Virus record (IMG/VR): IMGVR_UViG_3300033412_000010
Location: 3,346-67,345 of that record
DNA from: a virus
Length of the DNA: 64,000 nt
Strand: one strand, 5' to 3'
Part shown: piece after piece, positions 1-9,195 of the stretch
Numbering within the stretch: the stretch's first letter is position 1
Layout of the letters: each line of letters starts with the position of its first letter
The notes under the pieces: model-generated
The model's database searches: none
Told to the model about the DNA's origin: nothing
Seen by the model: only the letters and a program-made list of their open reading frames with translations
Position numbers and translations under genes: made by a program

Positions 1-219
1 GAAATCTGAACGGGCCGCAGATGATTGCCCAGTGGATATTGGACTTAGCCGCCGGTGATGGCGATGTTGAACTTGAGAAAGCACTGGTCGAAGCTTTTGT
101 GAAACGCTGAGGTGAACGCAATCAGGCTGGAAATCAAAACGCCGCAAAGGTAGATTTCAAAGCCGTCAGTCAATAAACGGGAATTGATTGACATTGCGGG
201 AAAAACATCGGGGCGAGCA

Positions 220-930
220 ATGGGAAGCCGTTCGACTCGGCGCAAACGCGAACTGTTGGCAAAGGCGGCCTTGCAATCCGTTACGCCAGAGGCAGAAGCG
301 AATGAGCCGGAGCAAGAGGACTCCGAACCGGGCCGGACCGCAAATCCGGGGACCGGGGGTCGTGCGGATCGTCTCGAAAATGGGTTGACTCCAATCAAGG
401 ATGCCCGCCTGCTAATCCGGTCGTTCAGTTGGAAGCGCGAGCAGCGATACCCGACGCGAGTTCCCACAACTGACATCGTCCAAACCGCATTGGCGGAAGG
501 GAGGGAGCTAACGGCGATCGAAACGTCGATAGTCAATGCGGCTGAATTGGCAGTTTCAGGCAACACTCCACGAGCGCGAGAAGTCGGTATCAGGGCTCTT
601 CTGTTGGCGGAGCGGATGAATCAGGCGGACGATCACGCAAAGTTCAAGCGGCAATCCGGCGCTGATCCAGCGGCGGCGGCCGGGAATTCAGCCGTTCCGC
701 CAGTGGCGACAATGATTCACGCGCCGGGTTCAACGTTCCAGTCGATCGGGGGTCAAGGAAATGCTTCTACTGTCGACGGGGGAGCGCCTGACGGCCGAAG
801 AAATCGATTCCTTGAACTCCGCGACAGATTCCGAGATCGAGGAATTGTTTCTCTCCCTTCCGATTCAGGACAGGGAAGCGATCCTGGAAGCGTTGATCGC
901 GCTAAACAGTCCGCCGGAACCGACGACTGA
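220..930 (+). CDS. putative terminase small subunit
   Basis: Directly upstream of and overlapping terL; charged and helical; ATG 220 chosen within ORF 184..930. Positional call. Confidence 0.5.
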   Translation: MGSRSTRRKRELLAKAALQSVTPEAEANEPEQEDSEPGRTANPGTGGRADRLENGLTPIKDARLLIRSFSWKREQRYPTRVPTTDIVQTALAEGRELTAIETSIVNAAELAVSGNTPRAREVGIRALLLAERMNQADDHAKFKRQSGADPAAAAGNSAVPPVATMIHAPGSTFQSIGGQGNASTVDGGAPDGRRNRFLELRDRFRDRGIVSLPSDSGQGSDPGSVDRAKQSAGTDD

Positions 931-2470
931 GCAGACGCTTAGTCTGTACGAATTCGGGAAACTGGCTTGGGCAATTCTCCGGCCCGGCGAAGTGTTCATC
1001 GATGGCGAGCATATCCGGGTTTTGTGCGCGCATCTCGAGTACGCGACCGATACGCCGAACTACAAATTGGCGGTCATGCTGCCGCCGAACTGCGGAAAAT
1101 CGATCTGGTCAACGGTCATTTGGCCGGCTTGGGTTTGGGGCCCGCGGGGTTGGGCGGCGGCTCGGTTCCTGTTCACGACTTACTCGCAGGATCGAAGCCG
1201 GGACGACTCTGGAAAGTTCGAACGGCTTGTTCGGTCGGAATGGTATCAGTCTCAATGGGGGCCGCCAGACGATCCAAAGTCGGATTACGATGCAAGGCGA
1301 ATTGTCGCGTTGACGTCTGACGCACTGAGCTATTTCGAAAACACGGCCGGCGGGCAGCGGAAGGCGGCCGGGGTTGGCGGACTCGGAACTGGGGAACATC
1401 CGCATTTCGTCGTTGTCGACGATGCGAACAAGGCCGAAGATCCGCCGATCGCGTTTCGAAGCGCTATCGCATGGTGGAAAGGCCAAATGTCTTCGCGCGG
1501 GATCGTCGCATCGATCGGGTCCAGGCGAATCGCTTTGGGGCAGCGATTGCAAATGGATGACGTTCCAGGGGCTTGCATTGCCCTTGGCTATGATACGGTG
1601 TGTTTGCCGATGTGGGCTTGGTCCCTGCCGACGAAAGAGGACATCGAGCGAAAGACATGGTTTCCGCAGCCGACGGCAATCGGTTGGGTCGACTGGCGGA
1701 AGCCTGGCGAGTTGCTTTGGCCGGAAGGCATCATCGAGGCGGCGGCCCGCGAACTGGAAACGACGCTCGGTCCGATAAAGGCGGCTGCGCAATTGCATCA
1801 ACGGCCGATCCGTGCGTTGTTAAACGGGATGTTCCCGCGGTCGAACATTGCAGACAAAATGATCGATTGGGAAAATGTCCCCTGGGGCGAGATCGATCGA
1901 ATCATCAGATATTGGGACAAGGCCGGCGGCGAGTCGGTCCAGGCGGACTATACCGCGGGTGTCTGCATCGCCAGATGGCTCAAGAAATCGCCGGTAGTTG
2001 GCGTGAAGCCGGAAGTCAGATTGATCGTTCTGAACGTCGTCCGCGGCCGATGGAACGCCTTTGAGCGTAACAAGGTGATTCGGCAGACGACGGAATCAGA
2101 CATCAAAACGTTTGGCGGCAAGTTCGAATTGTGGATCGAAGCTGAATCGATGAGCGGGGCGGGGGTCGAGTCAAGGCAACTGTCACAACGGGAGTTGACC
2201 GATCTTGGAGTTCGGTTCGACAAGCCTGACAAGGCGAAAATCATCAGGGCGCGCGGGTTTTCTTCGGCATGGTACGGCGGGCTGGTCTACATCGTGACTG
2301 GATCCTGGAATTCGTATTACCTCGATGAACTCGAAGTCTTCGACGGTGAAGAGTCTACCGACGACAAAAAAGACGACTGCGTCGACGGCAGTTCTGGCGC
2401 CGCAAACAAATTGCTGATGGTCTCGACGACTAGGGCAGCGCCGCCGACAGGCGGACGGTCGAAGGTATAA
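761..2470 (+). CDS. terL: terminase large subunit
   Basis: Walker A MLPPNCGKS, Walker B VVVDD, QRLQMDD coupling motif, RYWDKAG and C-terminal KDDCVDG nuclease motifs; AAGGA RBS. Confidence 0.92.
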   Translation: MLLLSTGERLTAEEIDSLNSATDSEIEELFLSLPIQDREAILEALIALNSPPEPTTEQTLSLYEFGKLAWAILRPGEVFIDGEHIRVLCAHLEYATDTPNYKLAVMLPPNCGKSIWSTVIWPAWVWGPRGWAAARFLFTTYSQDRSRDDSGKFERLVRSEWYQSQWGPPDDPKSDYDARRIVALTSDALSYFENTAGGQRKAAGVGGLGTGEHPHFVVVDDANKAEDPPIAFRSAIAWWKGQMSSRGIVASIGSRRIALGQRLQMDDVPGACIALGYDTVCLPMWAWSLPTKEDIERKTWFPQPTAIGWVDWRKPGELLWPEGIIEAAARELETTLGPIKAAAQLHQRPIRALLNGMFPRSNIADKMIDWENVPWGEIDRIIRYWDKAGGESVQADYTAGVCIARWLKKSPVVGVKPEVRLIVLNVVRGRWNAFERNKVIRQTTESDIKTFGGKFELWIEAESMSGAGVESRQLSQRELTDLGVRFDKPDKAKIIRARGFSSAWYGGLVYIVTGSWNSYYLDELEVFDGEESTDDKKDDCVDGSSGAANKLLMVSTTRAAPPTGGRSKV

Positions 2471-2771
2471 ACCTTGTCGATCGACCGGGACCAGAAACGC
2501 AGAACGTGAGCAAAAAGACTCGGGGAGATCTCCGCTTTAAGTCGGGACCATTTATGGCCGGAAATGTCACGGCCTGCAAAGTCGCCACACTTGCCGGGCA
2601 GGCAAGAAGGTGAAGATTCCCCGAGTCTGGAAGTAAAACGAAACGCTGTGACAGAAAATAAATAGGCTGCTAACTGGCGAGTGCGCCTGACGAAATGCAG
2701 ATACGGCGGAAAAATAGCGTCCGGTCCGCAATTCTGGAAAACAGGCGCATTTTTATGCAAGAAATCATGCG

Positions 2772-2797
2772 TGATCCGAAAGTGCGTTTTGAGCGTT
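2772..2797 (+). promoter_or_regulatory. TGATCC-N16-CGTT motif (ECF-like promoter candidate)
   Basis: TGATCC 2772-2777, CGTT 2794-2797; 43 nt before ORF 2841. Confidence 0.65.
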
Positions 2798-2840
2798 ACG
2801 GATTCATTCGACGGTCGAAACTCCAATCGAAAGGGAAAAT

Positions 2841-3374
2841 GTGAAGATCACAATCACTCGGCGTTGGTCTGCGGAAGTTGTTTTTGAGGCGGAAGTCGAC
2901 ACTGAAGATCGACGAATCGGAATGGGTTTGGCGATCAAGTTGGCGCTGAGTCAGAAAATCAACCTGAGCGGCTCCAACCTGCGCGGCTCCAACCTGCGCG
3001 GCTCCGACCTGAGCGGCTCCGACCTGCGCGGCTCCAACCTGCAACCGATCAAGGATGATATATGGGCGATGTTGTGTTATGCGCCGCGGGAAGTCCCTGC
3101 GTTAATTGAAGCGTTGAAGGGCGGACGACTTATCAGAAAACCATTGAAAGGGTTCAATCGTGAAGAAATGGGAGACGATCGCGGACATTCCGTTGTCAGC
3201 TTGGTTCCGGTTCAAAACACGACCGAACAATCTGCATCCAATTCAGCAAATCAGTCTGCAATATGCGGGCACGCCGATGCCTGGACTTGCACTCAAAGCC
3301 GGGCCGGCGGTGAATATCGACGGTCAATGGTGGCGCCCGCAAGAAATGGAATCGGTGTTCGAAGTCTCGCTTGA
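2841..3374 (+). CDS. pentapeptide-repeat protein, probably 3'-truncated
   Basis: (N/D)L(S/R)GS repeats encoded by 15-nt units at 2961-3041; the C-terminal half reads out of frame through the next gene. Confidence 0.7.
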   Translation: MKITITRRWSAEVVFEAEVDTEDRRIGMGLAIKLALSQKINLSGSNLRGSNLRGSDLSGSDLRGSNLQPIKDDIWAMLCYAPREVPALIEALKGGRLIRKPLKGFNREEMGDDRGHSVVSLVPVQNTTEQSASNSANQSAICGHADAWTCTQSRAGGEYRRSMVAPARNGIGVRSLA

Positions 3375-3579
3375 TTGCGAGCACTGGACCGCATGTACTG
3401 GCGAGATCGGCGGCGGTGCCGACGTAGACCGTCTGGCCTCCTTCGTCGACAAGGGGCTGAATCAGGCACGACTGGCTTTTGATGAACAGCGGACCAGAAT
3501 CGACGGTTTGCAAAAGCAGATCGACGAGCTTTTGAAGTCTGCGAACGAGGCGAAGACGGCAGCCGGAAAGAAAACTTGA
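3160..3579 (+). CDS. hypothetical protein with C-terminal coiled coil
   Basis: 139-aa ORF, GTG start, protein-like composition. Confidence 0.65.
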   Translation: MKKWETIADIPLSAWFRFKTRPNNLHPIQQISLQYAGTPMPGLALKAGPAVNIDGQWWRPQEMESVFEVSLDCEHWTACTGEIGGGADVDRLASFVDKGLNQARLAFDEQRTRIDGLQKQIDELLKSANEAKTAAGKKT

Positions 3580-3603
3580 CGCCTGATTTTGAGGCGGTAT
3601 GAT
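3576..3603 (+). promoter_or_regulatory. sigma70/sigmaA-like promoter upstream of portal
   Basis: TTGACG-N16-TATGAT with GG before the -10 box. Confidence 0.55.
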
Positions 3604-3640
3604 CTGCCTCGGTGAGACGGTTGGAATCTGAGGACGCGCG

Positions 3641-3673
3641 GAAAGGCCGGGGGTGAAAATCTCCGGCCTTTTC
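3641..3673 (+). terminator. hairpin, intrinsic terminator-like
   Basis: AAAGGCCGG...CCGGCCTTT(TC) inverted repeat. Confidence 0.5.
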
Positions 3674-3729
3674 GTTTGACGCCATCGGACGTTATCCTGT
3701 TCGCAAATCCTTCAACGGAGTGCGAGCGA

Positions 3730-5436
3730 ATGGCAGAACAACGACCGGGCATCCTTGCGCGGATCCTGAATTGGGGCGTGGCTGGCTCAAATAAGCCGGC
3801 TCCGACAGCGATCGTCAAGGGGCCGACAGTCCAGAGCAGTCCGACTGGCGCGAAGTCGGTCGCCGATCTGATCGAGCCGAATCAGGAATCAAAAGCGTTC
3901 GGCGAACGTGTCGAAGAAATGAACACGGATTATCAGATCGCGTTTTCAAACTTCGTCATTGCGGCCAACGTCGCCGCAGTCCAGGTCTCGATCAGCGTTG
4001 AGAACGGCGACGGCCAGAAGTCGAACACGCTGCAACAGAAGCTTCAAAAACTGTGGGAGCGGTCTGTAACGTCGATGATGCCGTCGGTTGGTTTCGGACG
4101 GGTCGCCTTCGAGAAGGGGTATCAGTTCGACGCAGCGGGCCCGGTGACGTACATCGACAAGCTTGAACCGATGGAATATCAGGACTCAAAATTGAGGTTG
4201 ACTGAGGATCACAAATTCAACGGATTCATGGTCAAGGTTTCCGACGACAAATGGATGCCGGTCGAGCGACAGAACGCATGGTGGCTGACGATCAACGCGA
4301 CCGCGAAGAATCCTCACGGGATCTCGCATTACAAGGGGGCCGTCGAAAAGGCATGGGAAAACAAGTGCTACTCGATGCACAACCGCAAGACCTATGTCAG
4401 GCGTTTTGCGATCCGTGGCGGTGTGATGAGGGGTCCGGAAACTGTCGTCGATGAACGGACAGGCCAGCAGGTGAGCGGTGCTGAACGGGCACTGGCTGCG
4501 CTGGAAGCTCTCTATTCCGGTGGGACGTTTTACGCTTCAAACGAACCGCATCATGACCAGCGGTTTGCCGACAAGGGCGAATACGAATGGATGTTCGACG
4601 AAGCGAACACGACTGACCTTGACCCCACGCCAATTTTGAACGTCATTGAAAAAGACGACGTGGCAATTTTGCGGGCGTTCGGAATTCCAGAGAAGACCGT
4701 TATCGAGGGGGAAGCGGTCGGTTCGTTCGCGATGGTCTCTGAACAGATGATGACTCTGTTCGCGCTCGTGGATTCGTTCGTCAGTCAATGGGTCGAATCG
4801 TTTCAATCGTACGTTGTCGAACCGTCGCGCGAACTGAACTATGGGACCGGGCCGGGGCCGACGTTCACAATTCACGCGGTAAAGTTGTCGAATCGGCCGG
4901 ATTCGTTCGTCGTTCAGTTGGTAGAGGCCTTGGCAGCCAATCCTCAGTTCTCAACCGTGCTGCTGTCGGGCGGCGTGGACTTGCGCGACATGCTTTCGAA
5001 ATTGGGGATCCCGGTCAGCACTGACTTTGAAACGATCGCGAAACAAGTCGCCGCGAGGTTCCTTGCAACGCAGGGCGCGATGGCAGCCGCGCCGTCTGCA
5101 GGTGGTGCAGGCGCTGCTGGAGAGCCTGGAACAAGCCCGCCTGCGGTTCCGGCTGAGTTCGCGAACTTCTCGACGTTGCAGTTGAACCGGGCTTTCGCGG
5201 CGACGTCGAAGATTCAACAGGCGTTCATTGACGGGACTGATTCGGAAACCGTCGCACGTATCAAGCTGAAGTCGATCGGCTGGTCCCAAGATAACGTCGA
5301 CAAACTGATTGCCGACGCGTCAGACGGGAAAGTCGATGAACCGCCGATCGCGATGCGGAATCTGATCCAGGGGCAAAAGATCGAGTTCCAAAACTTCCTT
5401 GCAGAACTCGTAAAAAAAAAGTCCCAACAGAGTTGA
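3730..5436 (+). CDS. portal protein (DUF935/Mu gp29-like)
   Basis: Follows terL; GFGRVAFEK, KNPHGIS, PEKTVIEG..VGSFA motifs typical of Mu-like portals; upstream of gpF. Confidence 0.8.
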   Translation: MAEQRPGILARILNWGVAGSNKPAPTAIVKGPTVQSSPTGAKSVADLIEPNQESKAFGERVEEMNTDYQIAFSNFVIAANVAAVQVSISVENGDGQKSNTLQQKLQKLWERSVTSMMPSVGFGRVAFEKGYQFDAAGPVTYIDKLEPMEYQDSKLRLTEDHKFNGFMVKVSDDKWMPVERQNAWWLTINATAKNPHGISHYKGAVEKAWENKCYSMHNRKTYVRRFAIRGGVMRGPETVVDERTGQQVSGAERALAALEALYSGGTFYASNEPHHDQRFADKGEYEWMFDEANTTDLDPTPILNVIEKDDVAILRAFGIPEKTVIEGEAVGSFAMVSEQMMTLFALVDSFVSQWVESFQSYVVEPSRELNYGTGPGPTFTIHAVKLSNRPDSFVVQLVEALAANPQFSTVLLSGGVDLRDMLSKLGIPVSTDFETIAKQVAARFLATQGAMAAAPSAGGAGAAGEPGTSPPAVPAEFANFSTLQLNRAFAATSKIQQAFIDGTDSETVARIKLKSIGWSQDNVDKLIADASDGKVDEPPIAMRNLIQGQKIEFQNFLAELVKKKSQQS

Positions 5437-5470
5437 TTCGGAGAGCGATTGACGCGGTTGAACTCAACTC
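5415..5470 (+). other. candidate -1 programmed ribosomal frameshift signal (portal to gpF)
   Basis: A_AAA_AAG at 5415-5421 in the portal frame; stem GAGTTGA 5430-5436 / TCAACTC 5464-5470 begins 8 nt downstream; -1 frame is the gpF frame. Confidence 0.6.
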
Positions 5471-6407
5471 AGGCGGCCTTTGCTTCACGAACTCGTTGAA
5501 GATCCTGGCGAATGCGATCGAGCCAGCCAGCACGCAAAAAGAACTGGCCGGCGCTCCGAACGTGCCCAATTGGGAAGTCTTCGCCGATCGAGCGGTCGAG
5601 ATTGCGCACGAACTGTTTGACAAACTGGAAGCGGCGCTCGCGAAAGAAGCTCCGCTTGCCGAACTGGAAGAGATTCGCAAGCAGATCGAGCAACTTGGGA
5701 ACATCGTGCGAGTTGCCGGGCTGGTCATGGGGTACATGGCTCCGTTCAAGCCGAAGCGCCGCAAGACAGGGTTGATTGCATTCGGGCCGACGGTCCCGGC
5801 AGCCGAAGTCAAAAGCGTGTTCCCCTGGATTCAGACGGCGATTGATTTTCTATCGTCGAAAGAGGTCGTGAAGGCTTCGGAGTTCGCAGGTCTATCGATC
5901 GACCAGCAACAGGCGGCCTTCACGGCGCCCGGCATGGAAGATCGAGACGAGTTGAAGAATCTTCGGGACGAAATCGCCAAGGGGCAGAATCAGGAAGCCG
6001 GCGGGGAAAGCCTGGCAGACTTCCGAAAGCGGATTGGAAACGATCTCGCTTTGACAAGGGCCCAAACGGAAACGGTGTTTCGAACGAACGTAAAACAGGG
6101 CTACGTCACCGGCTTTGACAAGGGACTGAAGTCAGATTTCGTATCGGAACTTTTCCCGGCAGTCATGTTCAGCGCAACGCGCGACAATCGCGTCAGGGAC
6201 ACGCATTTCGAGCTTGATGGATTCATCACATTGAGAACCGACCCGGCCTACAAAGTTCTCCTGCGAGCGCTCAAGGATTTCGGATGTCGTTGTTCCCCAA
6301 TTCCAATGACATTGGACCAAGCGGAAGCGGCCGGCGGGTTGAAGACAATCTCGGATCTTCGAACCTACTATCCGGATGTCATGGCGAAATACGGACAGGG
6401 GCTTTAG
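5433..6407 (+). CDS. head morphogenesis protein (Mu gpF / SPP1 gp7 family)
   Basis: ETVFRTNVKQGY, FSATRDNRVRDTH, FGCRCS motifs; only a weak TTG start. Confidence 0.88.
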   Translation: MIRRAIDAVELNSGGLCFTNSLKILANAIEPASTQKELAGAPNVPNWEVFADRAVEIAHELFDKLEAALAKEAPLAELEEIRKQIEQLGNIVRVAGLVMGYMAPFKPKRRKTGLIAFGPTVPAAEVKSVFPWIQTAIDFLSSKEVVKASEFAGLSIDQQQAAFTAPGMEDRDELKNLRDEIAKGQNQEAGGESLADFRKRIGNDLALTRAQTETVFRTNVKQGYVTGFDKGLKSDFVSELFPAVMFSATRDNRVRDTHFELDGFITLRTDPAYKVLLRALKDFGCRCSPIPMTLDQAEAAGGLKTISDLRTYYPDVMAKYGQGL

Positions 6408-6483
6408 AATTGTCTCGGGGCGCACTGACTGCAGCCGCCTGATGGGAAACCATTGCCGACAATCTGTTGGCCGCGCAGAATGG

Positions 6484-6524
6484 CCCGCTCAAGTCGCCTT
6501 TAGGCTTGGCGGGTATTTTCTTTT
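6484..6524 (+). terminator. intrinsic terminator after gpF
   Basis: CCCGC..CAAG...CTTG.GCGGG stem followed by TATTTTCTTTT. Confidence 0.5.
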
Positions 6525-6548
6525 GATCCGAACGGCTGTTCATGCGTT
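6524..6548 (+). promoter_or_regulatory. TGATCC-N15-CGTT motif upstream of sigma factor gene
   Basis: TGATCC 6524-6529, CGTT 6545-6548. Confidence 0.55.
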
Positions 6549-6654
6549 AAATGAGCAGTGACCATTGGTCGCTCGGCAGGCTCACGTTACTCGTCTGGAC
6601 AACGATCCTTGAGCCTGCCGTATTCTGTCACATTCTCAATTCCCTACTTCAATC

Positions 6655-7989
6655 ATGACCGCCGAATACCTTTCCCGTGAAGACGAACTGGCATTGATTG
6701 TTCGAGCCAAGACTGGCGACAAGGCCGCCATTGAGGCACTGCTTGATAATTTTGCAGGGTGTCTCCACAAAATGGCTGGAATCTGGCATCGAAAATACGT
6801 TTTCGGGCAATGTGAATACGAGGATTGCTTTCAGGCCGCATGCATGGGAGTGATGAAGGCCATTGACAAGTTCGACGTTGCATCAGGAAATGCACTGATG
6901 ACTTTGTCATATATTCTGATCCGGCAATCACTGCAGGAAATGCAGAAGACAATGGATGTCATAAGGCGTCCCCGTCATTCACGGCGACGAACGACATCGT
7001 TAAACGTTTCCGTCGAAGATGGAGCATCTGAACTACAAGACATTTGTGCCGTCGCTCCGCACGTGGATGTATCCAGTCGACTCACGAGGGAAGACGAGCA
7101 CGCCAAGGCAGAATCTCTTTTGCGATATTTGACTACCCGTGAACGCGCCATAATGCTGCTGCATTACGGCGGCTCAACTTTTGAGGAGATTGCGTCGCAA
7201 TTCGGAGTGACCAAACAGCGAATCCATCAAGTCATCAGCAAGTCACTGCATAAACTGAAGAAGATCGCGTATTCGCTTGGCATCACGGATGACGACGGCA
7301 GGTTAAGGCGATCTTCTACTTCGTGCCCGCACTGCCACGGAGACGACATAGAACGCATCTCAAATGATCAGCGCGAATTCCGCTGCAATGAGTGCGATAA
7401 ACAGTTTCTCCCAGCTTCATGTAAGCGGCCTCGTCGCATCAGGCTCGAAGAGAGCGTTTCCTCGGAAGGGTGCCCGAAATGCGGAAGCCTGGATATTGTT
7501 AAAAGAGGATTCGACCCAAGAGGCAAACAACGTATTCGATGCAAGAAATGCTGGTCATCATCAATCCCGTCTCAACTGCTGACGTTTGGTAATCACCGCA
7601 CGTACGATGATGTTGAACCATTCTTTTCGCAGAAACTCCATGACTATGAGATTTGCGAAATACTGAAAATGAATGCTCGTGACGTAGCTGCATTTCGCAG
7701 GGAGTACGAATCGTCTCATGGCGCTACGCTTTGTCCATGCGGGCGGAGAATGACTCACCGAGGCTTCTGCGAATACCGCCTCAACCGCAGTCCAAAATGC
7801 GTCAAGAAACGATTGCTTGCGATGACGATTGGGGACGGCCGCAAGTATCTTGAAGTTGTCGCCATGAAGAAAAGGAAAACCAAGAAGACGACTTCAGCGG
7901 TTGCATCCACGTTGGCATCGAAATCCACCGTCCTTTCTGGGGAGGCTCTGCGAGTCATGGCTTCCGTTATCGCTGCGTTTGCGAGGTGA
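6655..7989 (+). CDS. sigma-70 family RNA polymerase sigma factor fused to C-terminal zinc ribbons
   Basis: Region 2 EDCFQAACMGVMKAIDKFD; region 4 TFEEIASQFGVTKQRIHQVISKSLHKL; then CPHC..CNEC, CPKC..CKKC and CPCG..C motifs. Confidence 0.85.
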   Translation: MTAEYLSREDELALIVRAKTGDKAAIEALLDNFAGCLHKMAGIWHRKYVFGQCEYEDCFQAACMGVMKAIDKFDVASGNALMTLSYILIRQSLQEMQKTMDVIRRPRHSRRRTTSLNVSVEDGASELQDICAVAPHVDVSSRLTREDEHAKAESLLRYLTTRERAIMLLHYGGSTFEEIASQFGVTKQRIHQVISKSLHKLKKIAYSLGITDDDGRLRRSSTSCPHCHGDDIERISNDQREFRCNECDKQFLPASCKRPRRIRLEESVSSEGCPKCGSLDIVKRGFDPRGKQRIRCKKCWSSSIPSQLLTFGNHRTYDDVEPFFSQKLHDYEICEILKMNARDVAAFRREYESSHGATLCPCGRRMTHRGFCEYRLNRSPKCVKKRLLAMTIGDGRKYLEVVAMKKRKTKKTTSAVASTLASKSTVLSGEALRVMASVIAAFAR

Positions 7990-7992
7990 GTG

Positions 7993-8676
7993 ATGGCCAA
8001 GAAACCACAAAATCCGTGGACTCCAGAGGAAGATGATTTCATCAAAGAAAACATCGACACCCCTTGGACCATTGTCGCCGGACAACTTGGGAGAACCGTT
8101 TTTTCGGTGAGGTCGCGGTGCGCCAGAATTCGAGCAGTCAAGGCCACCGCGTCAAGGCTCATGGGGCACTCCGATGTGGAATTAAAGAGGCTGCATTCAT
8201 TCGGGATGTCCAATAAAGAAATCGCCGCTAAGCTTGATGTCACTGGCGAATGCATACGAAAGGGCCTGAGGAGACTTGGACTGCAATCGAATGAACGTGA
8301 CTTCTCGTCAGCCAATGGTATTCGCGCGGTGACCATGAAATCCGTCTACGGCGTTGAAAACGTCACTCAACTCAATGCTAAGAAACAGGACGAACTTGCG
8401 AAATCTCTTGGATGGCCATCAATTGGTGTGGCCTGCATTGAGATTCTGGAAATTCTCTATACGAATCCGCTCATGACGGCACTTCAACTTAATGCAATCC
8501 GAGGTACCGGAACGGCAGCGTATAGTCACTTGAAGCGACTTCAACGGCATGGGCTTGTGATCCAAAGTCCACGACTTTCCGTTGATGGATACAAGGCGAC
8601 TTGTGTTTACTCGTTATCCACTTCCGCGATTGAAATGAAACAGAAGTTTTTGAGGAACAGAAATGCAACGCAATGA
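7993..8676 (+). CDS. multi-HTH DNA-binding protein (Myb-like N-terminus, winged HTH C-terminus)
   Basis: WTPEEDDFIKEN...IVAGQLGRTVFSVRSR; GMSNKEIAAKLDVT; AYSHLKRLQRHGLV. Confidence 0.7.
   Translation: MAKKPQNPWTPEEDDFIKENIDTPWTIVAGQLGRTVFSVRSRCARIRAVKATASRLMGHSDVELKRLHSFGMSNKEIAAKLDVTGECIRKGLRRLGLQSNERDFSSANGIRAVTMKSVYGVENVTQLNAKKQDELAKSLGWPSIGVACIEILEILYTNPLMTALQLNAIRGTGTAAYSHLKRLQRHGLVIQSPRLSVDGYKATCVYSLSTSAIEMKQKFLRNRNATQ
8558..8583 (+). promoter_or_regulatory. TGATCC-N16-CGTT motif (intragenic)
   Basis: TGATCC 8558-8563, CGTT 8580-8583; 79 nt before ORF 8663. Confidence 0.6.
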
Positions 8677-8935
8677 AGTCATCATTCAAGTCACGAACCC
8701 CAACGCAGAGCGACTGCGAAAACTCGTCCAAGAGAAACTAACCGACGACCGTATGGGAAAGATCGTCGAGCAGTTAGCGAAGAAGGCGGAAGAAGGAAAC
8801 GTCAAGGCCCTGGATTACCTGCTGAACATCGGCGGATTCATGCCATCAGCACCGAAGACAATCACCGTCAACCAATACTATGCCGATGGCCGTATGGTTC
8901 AGCAGTTGACGGAAGAGGATGGAACACCAATTTAG
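8663..8935 (+). CDS. hypothetical protein (helical)
   Basis: 90-aa ORF; AKKAEEGNVKALDYLL loosely resembles small-terminase-like helices. Confidence 0.6.
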   Translation: MQRNEVIIQVTNPNAERLRKLVQEKLTDDRMGKIVEQLAKKAEEGNVKALDYLLNIGGFMPSAPKTITVNQYYADGRMVQQLTEEDGTPI

Positions 8936-9195
8936 ATAGATTCCGAAACGTGAGCCTTTCGGGATTTGGTGAGGGCGTATTGGCGAGGTCAACTTGAAGT
9001 GTTTCCAGGGCGACAATCGGGACCTTCGAAGGAAGAGTCGGAACGAATCGCCGAATACCGATCGTGAAACGGGAATCCCCGTTTCGGCCGTGGACTGCGA
9101 ACGGCATAGCGTGAAATCCTGAGTTCATTTATGATTCCCGCATGCCGGGGCCGTTCGCGCCCCAAAATCAGAAATCCTTTTGGGGGAGAAATGTC

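Noticed and set aside
2961-3041. Tandem 15-nt repeats as a CRISPR or VNTR
   Set aside because: No spacers; they encode the pentapeptide repeats in frame.
7440-7560. IS1 InsA-like zinc ribbon suggesting an insertion sequence
   Set aside because: In frame within the sigma ORF; no transposase catalytic domain, terminal inverted repeats or target duplication seen.
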